Part shown: piece after piece, positions 41,336 through 53,544 of the stretch
Numbering within the stretch: position 1 is the stretch's first letter
How the letters are laid out: every line of letters begins with the position of its first letter
Assembly (NCBI RefSeq): GCF_009914755.1
Contig: NC_060931.1
Source of the DNA: the human T2T-CHM13v2.0 reference genome, Homo sapiens
Length of the DNA: 64,000 nt
Direction: 5' to 3' (one strand)
The notes under the pieces: generated by a model
What the model saw: only the letters and a program-made list of their open reading frames with translations
Told to the model about the DNA's origin: nothing
The model's database searches: none
Made by a program: the position numbers and the translations under genes

Positions 41336-41609
41336 TTTTTCTTCTCATTTTTCTACAATTTATACTTTTCTACTTCTTCATTCCAATTAAACTGAAAGCA
41401 ATATCAGTCCTTTTTGGGCAATGCAAGATCATTTTTAGTACATAATTTTTGATAATTGTTCATTTAGGGAAGAATCCACTGATGCAACTGTTACTAGAGA
41501 TAAGATTATTTTATAGAGTGTGATATTAAGATCAATTTTGATTATTTTATAACATAAATTTTAGTACCTCTAGGGCTAATGATTCAACGTTTAGAAGTTT
41601 CTAAAGACC

Positions 41610-41928
41610 CATCTCAGTGGCTCACACCTTTAATCCCAACACTTTGTGAGGCCAAGGTGGGAGGACTGCTTGAGCCCACAAATTCAAGACCACAGTGGGC
41701 AATATAATGATACCTCAGCTCTCCAAAAAATAAATTAAAAAAATTCTATTAGCCAGGTGTGGTGGCATATGCCTGTAGTCCCAGCTACTCAAGAGGCTGA
41801 GTTGAGAGGATTGCTTGAGGCCGAGAGGTCAAGGCTGCAGTGATCCATGATCACACCACTGCATTCCAGCCTGGCCAACAAGAGTGAGAGACCCTGTCTC
41901 AGTCAATCAATCAATCAATCAATCAATC
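41610..41928 (+). mobile_element. AluJ with (TCAA)n tail
   Basis: AluJ diagnostics (ggaggactgcttgagccc, gtcaaggctgcagtga); (TCAA)n at 41903-41928. Confidence 0.9.
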
Positions 41929-42508
41929 ATTTCTAAAAATATTTAACTCTTTACATAGTTCAATTTTGTGTAAATCTGAATTTAATTAAAGTGTTAGTTT
42001 ATAAAATAAAATTTTAATGTTTCCTCTGAAGGCTCCTGTAACTATGGAGGTTATATAAGAAACCAAACATGGCTTTATAGCATGTGTATAATTCAAAATA
42101 TCTATTTATATATCACTGCATCTTCAATTACAGAAAAAATTAATTTTAAAATTGTCTCTTTAATCAATTTGTTTGTTTGAAGCTTATATGAAAATTATTG
42201 TTTTCCACTGAATGTGATGATCTTTAAAATTAATTTGCATTTCTAAACTTGTAGATATATGTTTTGCAGTGTTGTAGTTTTCAAAACTAGAGATTCTGAA
42301 GTCAAATTGTAATAACTCGCTGGTATGCATTATTGCAATGTCTACTTGTACACTATTATTTTTTAATAACTTATAACAAAGCTTGCTACCTGACAGCCTC
42401 TCCCAGCACTCAGGCCACAGTGTTAAAATTTGCTATAGCTTAAACTTAGGGGGTGGAAAGTCAAACTGTCTTCCCACTATGGGTCCCAACACTGCTTATA
42501 TATGCAGC

Positions 42509-42512
<4 letters not shown>

Positions 42513-42543
<31 letters not shown>
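42513..42543. repeat. (TC)n microsatellite
   Basis: About 15 units. Confidence 0.95.
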
Positions 42544-42546
<3 letters not shown>

Positions 42547-42739
42547 GTGGCTGTAACTACTGCCCCTACCATTGTTTCTGCTACAGCTGTCACTGTCACT
42601 ACTGTTAATCTGGGCCCAGTTCCCAGTCTGGCTGGCCTGCCCTAAGACCTGAGACCATACATATGAAAAACACTTAAGAAAGTTGCTATTTGGAAAAGAT
42701 TAATGCACTTGCTAAATTCCTAGCACAAACAATGCAATG

Positions 42740-42781
42740 GAGAGAGAGAGAGAGACAGAGAGAGAGAGAGAGACAGAGAGA
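42740..42781. repeat. (GA)n interrupted microsatellite
   Basis: GA repeat with CA interruptions. Confidence 0.95.
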
Positions 42782-42899
42782 AACATAAATTACCAATATT
42801 AAGAAAAAGAATTATCGTCAGTAATTTAAAAAGAATTAGATCCAGATTTTACAGAATTCACTTATGAATACCACAAAACAGAGGCATAGAAACTCAACA

Positions 42900-43240
42900 A
42901 AAACAACAGCAACAACAACAAACAGACACACTATGGAAAGGACAAAATCTAATTTCCAGAACGGCCACTTTATATTAAATGTCTATTTTTAACAAAAATA
43001 CTTAGAAGATACATAAAGAAACTAGAAAGTTTGGCCTTAATATAAGGAAAAAAGCATTCAATAGAAACCATCTCCCAGGAAGCCCCTATTTCAGATTTAC
43101 TAGAAAAATATTTTAAATAATCTATTACAAATATATTCAAAGAAATCAAAGAAACCATGTCTAAAGAAGTAAAAGTATGAAAATGTTGTCTCTGAAAAAT
43201 AGAGAATATCAATAAAGAGACTGAAATGATAAAAATAGAG
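42900..43240 (+). mobile_element. Old L1M 5'/ORF1 fragment
   Basis: A-rich sequence resembling L1MC/MD ORF1 (caatagaaaccatctcccaggaagcccc...atattcaaagaaatcaaagaaaccatg). Confidence 0.55.
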
Positions 43241-43751
43241 AGTAACGGAAGTGAGAACTCGAGGTAAGAGGATGTTATGATTGTACAAAGTTCTTGGGTT
43301 TAACAGCCTGCACCACAATGGAGAGGAAAATTCACTGAAGTGACATTGTGGAGCCATACATGGGACTTAGTAATTGGTAGATTAAAGGGAAGGAAGCAGA
43401 GAAAATACATCCTTTTAAGCCTTAGAAAATATTATAATTGAAGAAATTACATGTTTACTACCTGACCACTTTTAGCATGAATCTTTCTTCTGCTTCTTGT
43501 CAAGATGGTCCCCTTGGAAAGCGCTTTTCTTAATGTACTTTTATTTCTGCTTTTATGATTTAGGTCATGCAATTATTCTTGCCTCACAGTTTTTCTATTT
43601 AAACAAATTCTTGTTATTCTTCAAAATCTGTACAAGTGCAATCTTTTAAAAAACTTTCTATTTCAATTGTAATGGCCATATAATGTATTTCCTAGGACAT
43701 GGTTGATTTCAACATACAATGTAGTTCCTTTTTTGCCATCTTTGATGTTTT

Positions 43752-44021
43752 CTAAATGTATTATATAGTTTATGTTGAGTAAAAAATGTTTTATTCCTTA
43801 GGCATAAGAATATAATAATAGAACTATATATTGACAATACGCAGACACTGACACCAACAACACAAATTATATACATGATCAGTGGTTCTCTAACTGTATT
43901 ATATAGTTTATGTTGAGTAAAAAAAAGTTTATTCCTTAGGCGTAAGAATATAATAATAGAACTATATATTGACAATACGCAGACACTAACAACACAAATT
44001 ATATACATGATCAGTGGTTCT
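43752..44021 (+). repeat. Direct tandem duplication, 138 + 132 bp
   Basis: 43752-43889 and 43890-44021 are nearly identical apart from a 6-bp indel and a few substitutions. Confidence 0.95.
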
Positions 44022-44211
44022 TAACCAGGGGTCACTTTGCCTCTGAGAAGCCACTTGGCAACTTCTGGAGACAGGAGGGCAGTGCTACTGGTCTCTAGGG
44101 GGCGGAGGATTGAGGGCTGCTTCTGAAAGTCACACAGTGCATAAGATGGCCCTCCAAAACAAAGAATTATCTAGTCAAAAATTTCAACAGTGCCAAAATT
44201 GAGAAACCCTC
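44012..44211. mobile_element. MER20 hAT-Charlie MITE
   Basis: CAGTGGTTCTTAACCAGGGG...ACAAAGAATTATCT...TTGAGAAACCCT. Confidence 0.85.
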
Positions 44212-44378
44212 ATTTAGGGACATGGTATATGATAGGAAGACATTTCCTACAAATCCTGACAAAATTATTTCTCAAAATAGCAAATACCTATATTATTACA
44301 ATACCAATTAAAAGCATGAATATGCAAACTATTTGGTCATAGGCAAAAATCCTAAATCCAAGAACCCCATTATGAAGT

Positions 44379-44705
44379 TGTCCTAGTTAAAGTCCTCCAT
44401 GATTGGACACTACAAGATAGTAAATGGGGAGAAATGCTTATGAAAGCCAAAAGGGAAGGCTTGGAAAGTCAGGGAAGGCCTTCAGACCCTGAGGCAGCTC
44501 TGTCACCTATGATAGAGATAGGGAAGGAAAGATCGGGTAGAAAGAGCCTCGGATGGCAGCACAGGTCGAGGAAGTCTCTGTCAAGATGATGGGAAGTCTT
44601 TGGACCAAAAATGCCAGCTGGAAGTACCTCATGTTGAGCAGAAAGTCTTGGCTCTAGTGTTCCTGCTGTGCACAGTCACTGGCTCAGAGCAGACCAGGGG
44701 AAGGG
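44379..44705 (-). mobile_element. Old ERVL-type LTR (LTR16-like)
   Basis: ggccttcagaccctgaggcagctctgtcacct...gggtagaaagagcctc...cagtcactggct. Confidence 0.6.
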
Positions 44706-46879
44706 TTGTTCATTTTGCTTGTTTTAGTATGAAGTTAGACATAACTTTTGATAAGTTTAAATTTCAAAGAAATACTGCTTAGAAACAGATCTAGATGTAT
44801 TCACTTAAATAATTTAAAATAAAGCCAAAAGGAATTAATGTGTAATTTTGTGTCAATAACAACTTTTAGAGAAAGGCAAGGAAAAATACGCCGTATACAT
44901 TCTAAAAGTAGTTCTGAAAAGATTGCCACTTTGAAAATACAATTTTTATGTGCACTTATATTTCTAAGTTTCAGCTAAAAATCTACTTAATGATAATAAA
45001 AGACACTTATCTCATAGCAACATTATCATTGCATCTGCTTTTAAATGTCACTATATTCCAGTTTCTTTATTTGCAGAATGTACCAGGTTATTCATCCTGG
45101 GTCCTTTTATACTTTCTCTTTCTGTCCCTTCCACATCTATTATGTTACTAAAAGCCTGGAAATCCCATCTTCTTAATTACTCATAAATCTATTAATTTAA
45201 ACATTTTGAGGAGAGCAACGAGGTAATAAATGTTGTGCATACAAAGATGACCAAACATTTTGGAAGGTGACTTCTAGGGTCAAGACTGGATGTGTATAGA
45301 AAAGTCAGGCGTGATAAGCAGTAGTCCAAGTCTAAGGTGGTGAGAGTGGAGAAGAGGAGGAGAGAAAGAATGTGGGAAATACTTGGGGAGTAACTGAAAT
45401 ATCTTGGAGAAGTGGGGAGAGAAATTCTCTGAGAAGTGTCTAATACGCTTTTTTCTGAGAAGTGTCTAATGCACTTGTTTGGTAATTAACAGGTCCTCAG
45501 TGACCTGAACAAGAAAGGCTTTAGTAAAATCACGGGGACAGAAAGCAAATCACAGGACAAGAAAAAAAAAATGTTCATTTAGTAAACCTGATCATAAAGA
45601 AAAAGGAGAGAGATGTGATTAGATAGGGCAAGTAGGTTGCATGGATTTGCTTGTTTCTATCGGTTTATTAAGCTCTGCAGTAAGCTGAGAATATTTATAT
45701 ACTGGAGAAAAGCAGCCTCCAGAACTACAGAGTTGAAAATACAGAAAGGAAAGGCAATAATCAAAGAAGTACAGTAGGCAACAGCAAGTGAGAAATTAAA
45801 TCAAAACAGCATTTTGTTTTAAAGAGGACATTTTTAGCCTGAAGTTGTTTCTAGGGTTTTGAGATTATTTTTAAGGAAATAACATGTTCTTTAGTTATTG
45901 CATGCTGAATTCTGGCATCAAGTGAGTTTAGATTTTATTCATCTCTGGTGTGCAAGCAGAGCACATAAGTTTCTTAAGGCCATAGTGTGTCTAATTAAAT
46001 AGATATTCTTTTTAACTTCTGGCATAATGTTTTACATCTAGTGTGTGCTCAGTAAACATTTATTGATCTCTATATATGTATTTTTAAATATAAAGCCACT
46101 GCAAACGTGAAGGTTACTGTTTCACAAAAGTACTGAAAAGATACTAAAAGCACAATGGTAGAACAGCATTGTAATTAGAGTTTGGAAATACTATTTAGAC
46201 AAAACTTGGTATTTATCAGATCTATTTTCATGTTTAACCACATTGGTTGGCACATATTTAATGACTGTAACCAGAATGAGATCTATGATATGGATGCATG
46301 ACGCTCAGCTTTTCCAAAACACCAATAACAACAAATGTTAAGGCATTTAGCAATGCTACATACTTTCAGAATACCTTTGTATACTTTCACAACACAATAA
46401 GAAAGGAAGTATTACTGATCTCATCTTATCAATGAAAAAAACAGAAGCAGTGAGGAACTGCCTCACACAAGTTACAGATCTAGCCCTGTAAATCCTGGGA
46501 CTTAAATTCAGATCTTCTGGATACTTACTCATTATTTAAGTAATACTAACTCATATTTAATCCTCTAAATAACTACCATATAAAACTCCCCAAAATGAGT
46601 AAGTTGATTGATATTAGAGGTATTTAAGAAAAGTAACTGACAGATTATAAGTTCTGTTTTTTGATTCTCCAGAATGTTATATTTGTATTCCCTTTGTCCA
46701 TTGTAACATGACTTATGATTTAGAGTAAATATCTTTAATGGGCTTTTATAAAGTGTCTGTAATACATGAATATTTGATAATTATTCTCTTACCCTCAAAG
46801 GCTAGTCAAGTGTTAATTACTAATGTTCAGATTCTAGAATAAATGACTGGAACATAGGCTTAATTAAAAATGGAATAGG

Positions 46880-47170
46880 CCAATTTAGTAATAATAATAA
46901 CAATGATTATAAAATTTTTTATTGACCACTTACTGTTTTTGAGCACTGTGCTAACATTATATATACATATGCATTCATATATATATATATATATATAATG
47001 TTTCACTTTAATCATCACAAAGCCCCTAATAAATAAGTGCATTATCTTTAATTGGGGAAATAGGAACCTAATAGTGATTGAGTAAAAACGAAAAGTCACA
47101 TATAGAGAAAATGGTGGAACCTGAACTGTTTGCAGCAGGCTGAATTCAAAACCAGTAGACTTAAACTACA
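46880..47170 (-). mobile_element. MIR with internal (TA)n
   Basis: tattgaccacttactg...gcactgtgctaa...tttaatcatcacaaagcccta...ggggaaataggaacct. Confidence 0.55.
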
Positions 47171-47711
47171 CTATCTTGAGGGAAGAAGTGTAGTTTGAGA
47201 TAATCCCTAAAATAGGTTATGCTCTATATTTGGTAATATGGTGGAACTGATGTCTAGAGAAATCCTCTTAGCGTAGAAAACCTTTAAATGCTAGATAAAA
47301 TATAACATGTTTATTTTCTTAATGCATGGCCGAGCTGATATCAGAGGAACTCAGATGCAGAAAAAAATAAGAAAGCATGAATGCAGTGAGAAAAGTAAAT
47401 GCTGAAATCTGCATTTGCCAGAGGTATATTTTTGTTCATCTTGGCTGGTGCAGGGTTTGGCTGTAAAAGTTACGAGTGTACTGAACATATGACAAAACCC
47501 CAAAGCAGCTCAAAATGGGGAGTAAAATTAAGGACTTCTATAGGATGCCAGGACTCCCACAACGTGAATGTATCCGTAACTACAGACAGAGGGCAAAGAT
47601 AATTTTCTGTCTTATCATTGTTTCTATTTGGAAGGGAATAAGCAAAAAGTATCCTATGAGAGTTCAAAGCCACAATCCTATCTTTAAAGGAATGGATGAT
47701 ATGGCTTAAAC

Positions 47712-47926
47712 TAGTGGTTATCAAAGTTTTTCTGTAGATGACCGGATAGTAAATATTTTAGGCTCTGTGAGCCACATGGCCTCTGTTGCAACCACTCAAT
47801 TCTGCCATTGTAATGGGAAAGCAGCCAAGGACAAAACATATATGTAGCTGTGTGCCAGTAAAACTTTATTCATGAAAGCAGGCAGCAGGCTGAAATTGTT
47901 CTGCAGGCTGTAGTTTGCTAAGCCTG
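47712..47926. mobile_element. MER58A hAT-Charlie MITE
   Basis: tttttctgtagatgaccggatagtaaatattttaggct...ctgtagtttgctaagcctg. Confidence 0.85.
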
Positions 47927-47959
47927 GTCAAAAAAAACTTAAGTAAAAAAATTAGCTTT

Positions 47960-49200
47960 AAATTGCCCCTTCTGGTAAGGATCCAGGGACCTGGAAAAAG
48001 TAAACACAAATTATCTCTGGAGAAAATAAGCCAAAAGACGTCAAAGAATTCCAATAGCTAATGTTCCAAGAAACACGAATTCAACAGGAAAGGAGCAACC
48101 ATGAGTGAAAGTCAGTAAAAAAAACACATTACAGTTGAAGCGGGCAAAAACAGCAGAATTATACAACAATAAATATAGCCTAAGAAGATTTATTTGTTTA
48201 AAAGAATATCAATATGTAGTGAAAGTATGCTAAAGGAAGAGGCAAAAATGACCATGTAATTTGAAAAAGAACCAATGAAATGATCACAACTAAAAGGTAT
48301 GGTTGTTTAGAAATTCATTGAGAATATTAAACAGCAGATGAGATACAGGAGAAGAGATAATAAGTTGAAAGATATTAATCTGTAGAAATCATTCACAGTG
48401 TGGCACACAGACATATGAATATGTGACAAGGACAGAAAGAGTGAGAAGATCTAACATATCTAATCAGTGTTCTGTGCAGAGAATATAGAAAGAATAAGGG
48501 AAGGCAATAGAAGAAATAATAACTAAATTTTTCAGAATTCATGAAAGATATCAGTTCTCATATTCAGAAAGCCAAGCGAATTTCTAGAGAGGTGTATACA
48601 CATACACATATACACACACACGATTACCTAATCACACCTAGAGAGCAGAATGCCAGATACAAGAAATTTATTAAAGTTTCTCAAAATGCTATGAGAAAAA
48701 TATCTGTCAACCTAGAATTTTATGCTGGGCAAAGCAGTCTTTCATAACAATAGTGAACTAAAGACATTTCAAATATCAACAAATTGAGATAGTTTACAAA
48801 CTGCATATTCTCATTAATAGAACTCCTAAAGACTATGTTGCATAGAGAAGTTAGTGACCTAAAGAAGTTTGGAGAAACAGTACATATATGTGAGTGGATC
48901 TAAGTCACCATTGACTGTATAAGGAATTGATAAGAATATCTAATATTAAGTGATACAAATATACACAAACAAAATATGAGAAGCAATATTACACAAGTTG
49001 GGAGGGGTGGTTAGATTTAAAGCATCTCAAGGTACTTATTGGGAAAGAAGAGAAAGATGATGATAGACACCTTAGGATTTGTTCTGATAAATATTTCCAA
49101 TAAAATGCCCATTGTATCCACTGAAAGAATTGTAATAAAATGAACTTCCAAACTGGAAGATTCAAAAATTAATGGAATGATATTTGGGAGATTTAGATGG
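47960..49200 (+). mobile_element. Very old L1ME/HAL1-like ORF1 fragment
   Basis: Degenerate ORF1-like motifs (ttaaacagcagatgagatacaggagaagagata, tgtcaacctagaattttat); boundaries approximate. Confidence 0.5.
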
Positions 49201-49396
49201 ATACAAGTAAAGTTAAGTACATTTGCACTGAGGCAAGAATAAATATAATGTTTGTTGTAAGAAAGAACATTCAGTAACGTTTAATAGATAGTGCTTCAAA
49301 AATATTAAAGAAAACAAATCTGTAGTGGGCAAAAAAAAGAAATAGGATGTATTTTTGCATTTGATTATAAAGAACAGTATGGCAAGTAAGAATGGC

Positions 49397-49450
49397 TGTT
49401 CCTCATTATGTGAATATTCCTCATTATGTGAATGTTCCTCATTATGTGAA
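49397..49450 (+). repeat. 18-bp tandem triplication
   Basis: t(g/a)ttcctcattatgtgaa x3. Confidence 0.95.
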
Positions 49451-50700
49451 CGCAAAGTAACAGCCAACAAATGTAAACGTTGTGAAATCCAATCTTCTTG
49501 TTCGCTGAGCTTCCAGGAACAATTGCAGAACACCAGCCTCACAGGATGCCAATTACAGCAATATAGCCTCTAGGCTCACATAATCACAACATCTGTAAAA
49601 GTGCCCTTCATGGATGGTTTACAGTAAATTTTATTACAGCTTTCATGTTGTACCAGAGGCTTTAGCACATACTATGTTAATAATATCAGCAAACAACCAG
49701 TTTAAAACCATATAATCAAAATAATTACTTTTAACTGAAAATAATTTGTGAGGTTTAAATTTGTTATGATAGAAAATAAAAATAAAATCTTAAAATTTGC
49801 TTTTAAGAACATTTTAAAAATCCATTATCATACCACAGGGCATAATAATTATCTACTAATGTTACATATTTTAAAACACAAATAAAAATTACTGGCTATA
49901 ATATTTATAAATTATAAATTATAATTTATATATTTATATATAATTATAATTTTTATAAATCGAATACAAACATATTGCTAAGATGCTGATAAGCTATAAA
50001 TATGTCAAACCCAAAAGTATAAATATGTAAAACAAACAAAAAATTTTTAGAACAGCCCGAAGATTAACTGCTGTTTCTAAAACTTGAAGACAACTTTGAT
50101 TACATCAAACATCTTTTTAGATCTTTATATTCAATTTTTAAAAAAGCAAATTCATTTTGAAATACAGAATTTGCCCTGGGTTTTCATTAACACATATTCA
50201 TTAGTGGTTAAACAGATATAAAAATCAATACTTCTTCTGTGGGAAAGGGAAATCCAACATCTGTTAACTGAAGGTTGAAATACATATCATGTCATCCACC
50301 ACCAAAATTCTGGTCAATATATAATATCTTTGCAAATAGAATCACTTATACAGTAACATACTTTCTTAGAGCTTTATTTCATAAAGATGTTTTCATCATG
50401 CATATCTTTTTTCATAAAGGGCATCATTTCATTATATGTATGTATATGTGTATATTATACATACATACAATGTATATATATGTAATGCATACATTGTGTG
50501 TGTATATATCTACATGTATAGTGTTTTCAAGAGGAGGCTGTGTTAACATGTGAATGACAGTTTGTAGTACTTCTTATCATTTACCATCTATGGTTGCAAA
50601 TACCTTCCAAGTGACTTGCAAATGTCAATTTCTAACAACCCTTTAATCTTGTCACAAACTCTCTTTTAAACTGCTATTTTGATATCAGAATTGCATTCCT

Positions 50701-51966
50701 TTCTTTCTTTCTTTAAGGTTTTATTTTAGATTTGGGGGTACACGTGCAGGTTTGTTACATGAGTATGTTGGGTGATGCTGGGGTTTGGGCTCCTAGAGAA
50801 CCTATCACCCAAATAGTGGACATAGTACCCAATAAGTAGTCTCTTCAACACTTGCCTGCCTCCCTCCTTCCCCCCTTTTGGAGTCCTCACTGTCTATTAT
50901 TTCCATCTTTATGTTCATCTGTACCAACTGTATACCACTTACAACTGAGAACATGTAGAATTTTATTTTCTTTTTCTGCATTAATTCACTTTGGATGATG
51001 GCCTCCAGCTTCAATCATGTTGCTGCAAAGGCCATAATTCCATGCTTTTTATCGCTGCATAGTATTCCATGGTGTATACCTACCACATTTTTTTATCCAA
51101 GCTACTGTTCATAGACACTTAGGTTCCCTAACTTAGGATTGTAAATAGTGCTGTGATAAACATACAAGTACATGTGTCTTTTTGATAAAATGGTTTCTTT
51201 GGGCAGGTATCCATTAGTGGGATTGCTAGGTTGAATGGTAATGATATTGTTAGTTATTTGAGACACCCCCATACTGATTTTCATAGGTGTTGAATTAATT
51301 TACATTTCCACCAGCAATGTCTAGGCGGTTCCTTTCTTATTCATCCTAGCTATGATTTATTATTTTTGACTTTAGTAACAGCCATTCTGACTGGTATGAG
51401 ATGGTATCTTATGGCTTTAATTTGCATTTATCTGCTGATTAGTGATATGGAGCATTTTTATATGTTTGCTGGCCGCTCAGGTGTCTTCTTCTGAGAAATG
51501 TCTGTTCGTGTCCTTTGCCCACTTTTCAATAAATCAGGTTATTTGTTTTATTCTTGTTGATTTGTTTAAGTTCCTTATAAGTTCTGGATATTAATCCTTT
51601 GTTAGATACATAGTTTGCAAATATTTTCTCCCATTCTGGAAGTTGTCTGCTTACTCTGTTGATTGTTTCTTTTGCTGTGCAGAAACTCTTTAATTTATTT
51701 AAGTCCCATATGAAGGTGAAAGATCTCTACAAACTACAAAATATTCATGAAAAAAATTATAGATGACACAAACAAACGGAAAAACATTCCATTCTCATGA
51801 ATTAGACAATCAACATCATTATAATGACCATATTGACCAAAGAAATCTACAGATTCAACACAGTTACTTTCACGTTACCTATGTCATTTTTCACAGAATT
51901 AAAAAAATTGTAAAATTCATATGGAACCAATAAAAGAGCCCCAATAGCCAAACAATCCTAAGCAAA
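50701..51966 (-). mobile_element. L1PA15/16-like LINE-1 with 5' inversion (minus part 50701-51710, inverted plus part 51711-51966)
   Basis: 3'UTR and ORF2 on the minus strand switch to upstream ORF2 sequence on the plus strand at about 51710. Degenerate TSD cagaattgcattcct / cataattgtatttct (50686-50700, 51967-51981). Confidence 0.85.
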
Positions 51967-53257
51967 CATAATTGTATTTCTAACGTATAAACTAAAAAGT
52001 CATTTCATTGCTTAAAATTCTTTATTGGGTCCCTATCACTGACCAGAAAAAGACAAAAGCTAACAACCCCCCACACTTTGCCATAGCACAAAAGGCCATT
52101 CCAAATTGTTTTTCTTTCTTCTTTTCCAAGTATTCCCTTAATATAAACTGTACTTCCATCCCACTGGTAACCAAATCATCCTGCAGCCTGACATATTCAA
52201 ATGCTGCTTCCTCCACCTGGGATGCCTTCTGTCATCTCTGTCCTCATCTACCTTACCAACTCTTTTCAATTTTCAGGTCTTAGCTAAAATATCACTTCTC
52301 AGGGTAATACTTTGCTGTCCATATCTTGACTGAACTAAGTTAGATGCTCTCTTCATTGTGTTTACATACATCAAAATAGTTTTACATTGTTTTATCTGTG
52401 CATGTATATCTAAATGTATATGCATATATATCCATGTACACATATATACACATCTATATACACATACACATAAATACATATAGATATATCTGTGTATATG
52501 TATTTTACATATACCTAAATCTTAGCATAATGCCTTAAAACAATCAACTCAAAAAATGAAGTAGATGAATTAATAAGACTTCTTAGTGTTTATAACTTAA
52601 ACAGTAAGAAATTAGGTTAGTTTTTTTAATCACAATAACTCATTCTTTGAATGTCATTTCCCTTAATGATTATAGCAATATTTGTAGCTGGTTATTAAAT
52701 ACGGTTCCTGCCTTTCTAGGAAAATGATATTTAGATTCCTGCTCTAGCTTTTCTCAAAGCTCTTATTTATTGCTCATTTCCTCAGGATTTAAAGGTGATA
52801 TGTTATATAAAAACATATTAGTTGGAGCTATAATCTAAAATTCCTCTGTGGAGTAGTTAAAGTAAGACTATGATAAGTATTAAATGGGGATAAGTAAGTA
52901 ATATTTTGTAAAACTCTTAAAAGAACTCAAACTGTTTGATCAGCTATCCATTATATTATTAAGTTGCATCATCCTTTCTCTGTTTTTCCTTTCTTCCAAT
53001 CAAAAATCAGAAAAAGAATGTAAATAAATCCTGCAAATCTTCATAATTGCCAATGTATTGTTCTAAGAAACCAAATTTTATATAGCCCAATTATTCAATC
53101 CTACCTTAAATTAAATGACTCACACTAAGGTAGAAAGAGTATGAACTTGACAGGGTCAGGGCTTGACAACACAGCTGTCATAAAATACCAACTGAAATTA
53201 AATTAATGGTATTTACAAATAGTCTATAGTATAAAAATAGATAAATTTAAAAGTAAA

Positions 53258-53544
53258 GACCGGGCATGGTGGCTCATGCCTGTGATCCCAGCACTTTGGG
53301 AGGCCGAGGCGGGTGGATCACGAGGTCAGGAGATCGAGACCATCCTGGCTAACACGGTGAAACCCCGTCTCTACCAAAAATACAAAAAATTAGCCAGGCG
53401 TGGTGGCAGGCGCCTGTTGTCCCAGCTACTCGGGAGGCTGAGGCAGGAGAATAATGTGAACCCAGGAGGCGGAGCCGAGATAGCGCCACTGCAGTCCGGC
53501 CTGGGTGAAAGAACGAGACTCCGTCTCAAAAAAAAAAAAAAAAA
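53258..53544 (+). mobile_element. AluY (AluYk-like tail) with 11-bp internal deletion
   Basis: AluY diagnostics (ggatcacgaggtcaggagatcgagaccatcctggctaacacggtg); tail gcagtccggcctgggtgaaag; long A tail; TSD aaaagtaaag at a TT/AAAA site. Confidence 0.95.

Noticed and set aside
43752-49450. Tandem repeats as a CRISPR-like array
   Set aside because: Eukaryotic context; the units are adjacent with no unique spacers.
49897-50520. AT-only quasi-palindrome (49897-49960) and TA/TG-rich hairpin-like tract (50430-50520)
   Set aside because: Low-complexity sequence is self-complementary by composition; too short to be a PATRR.
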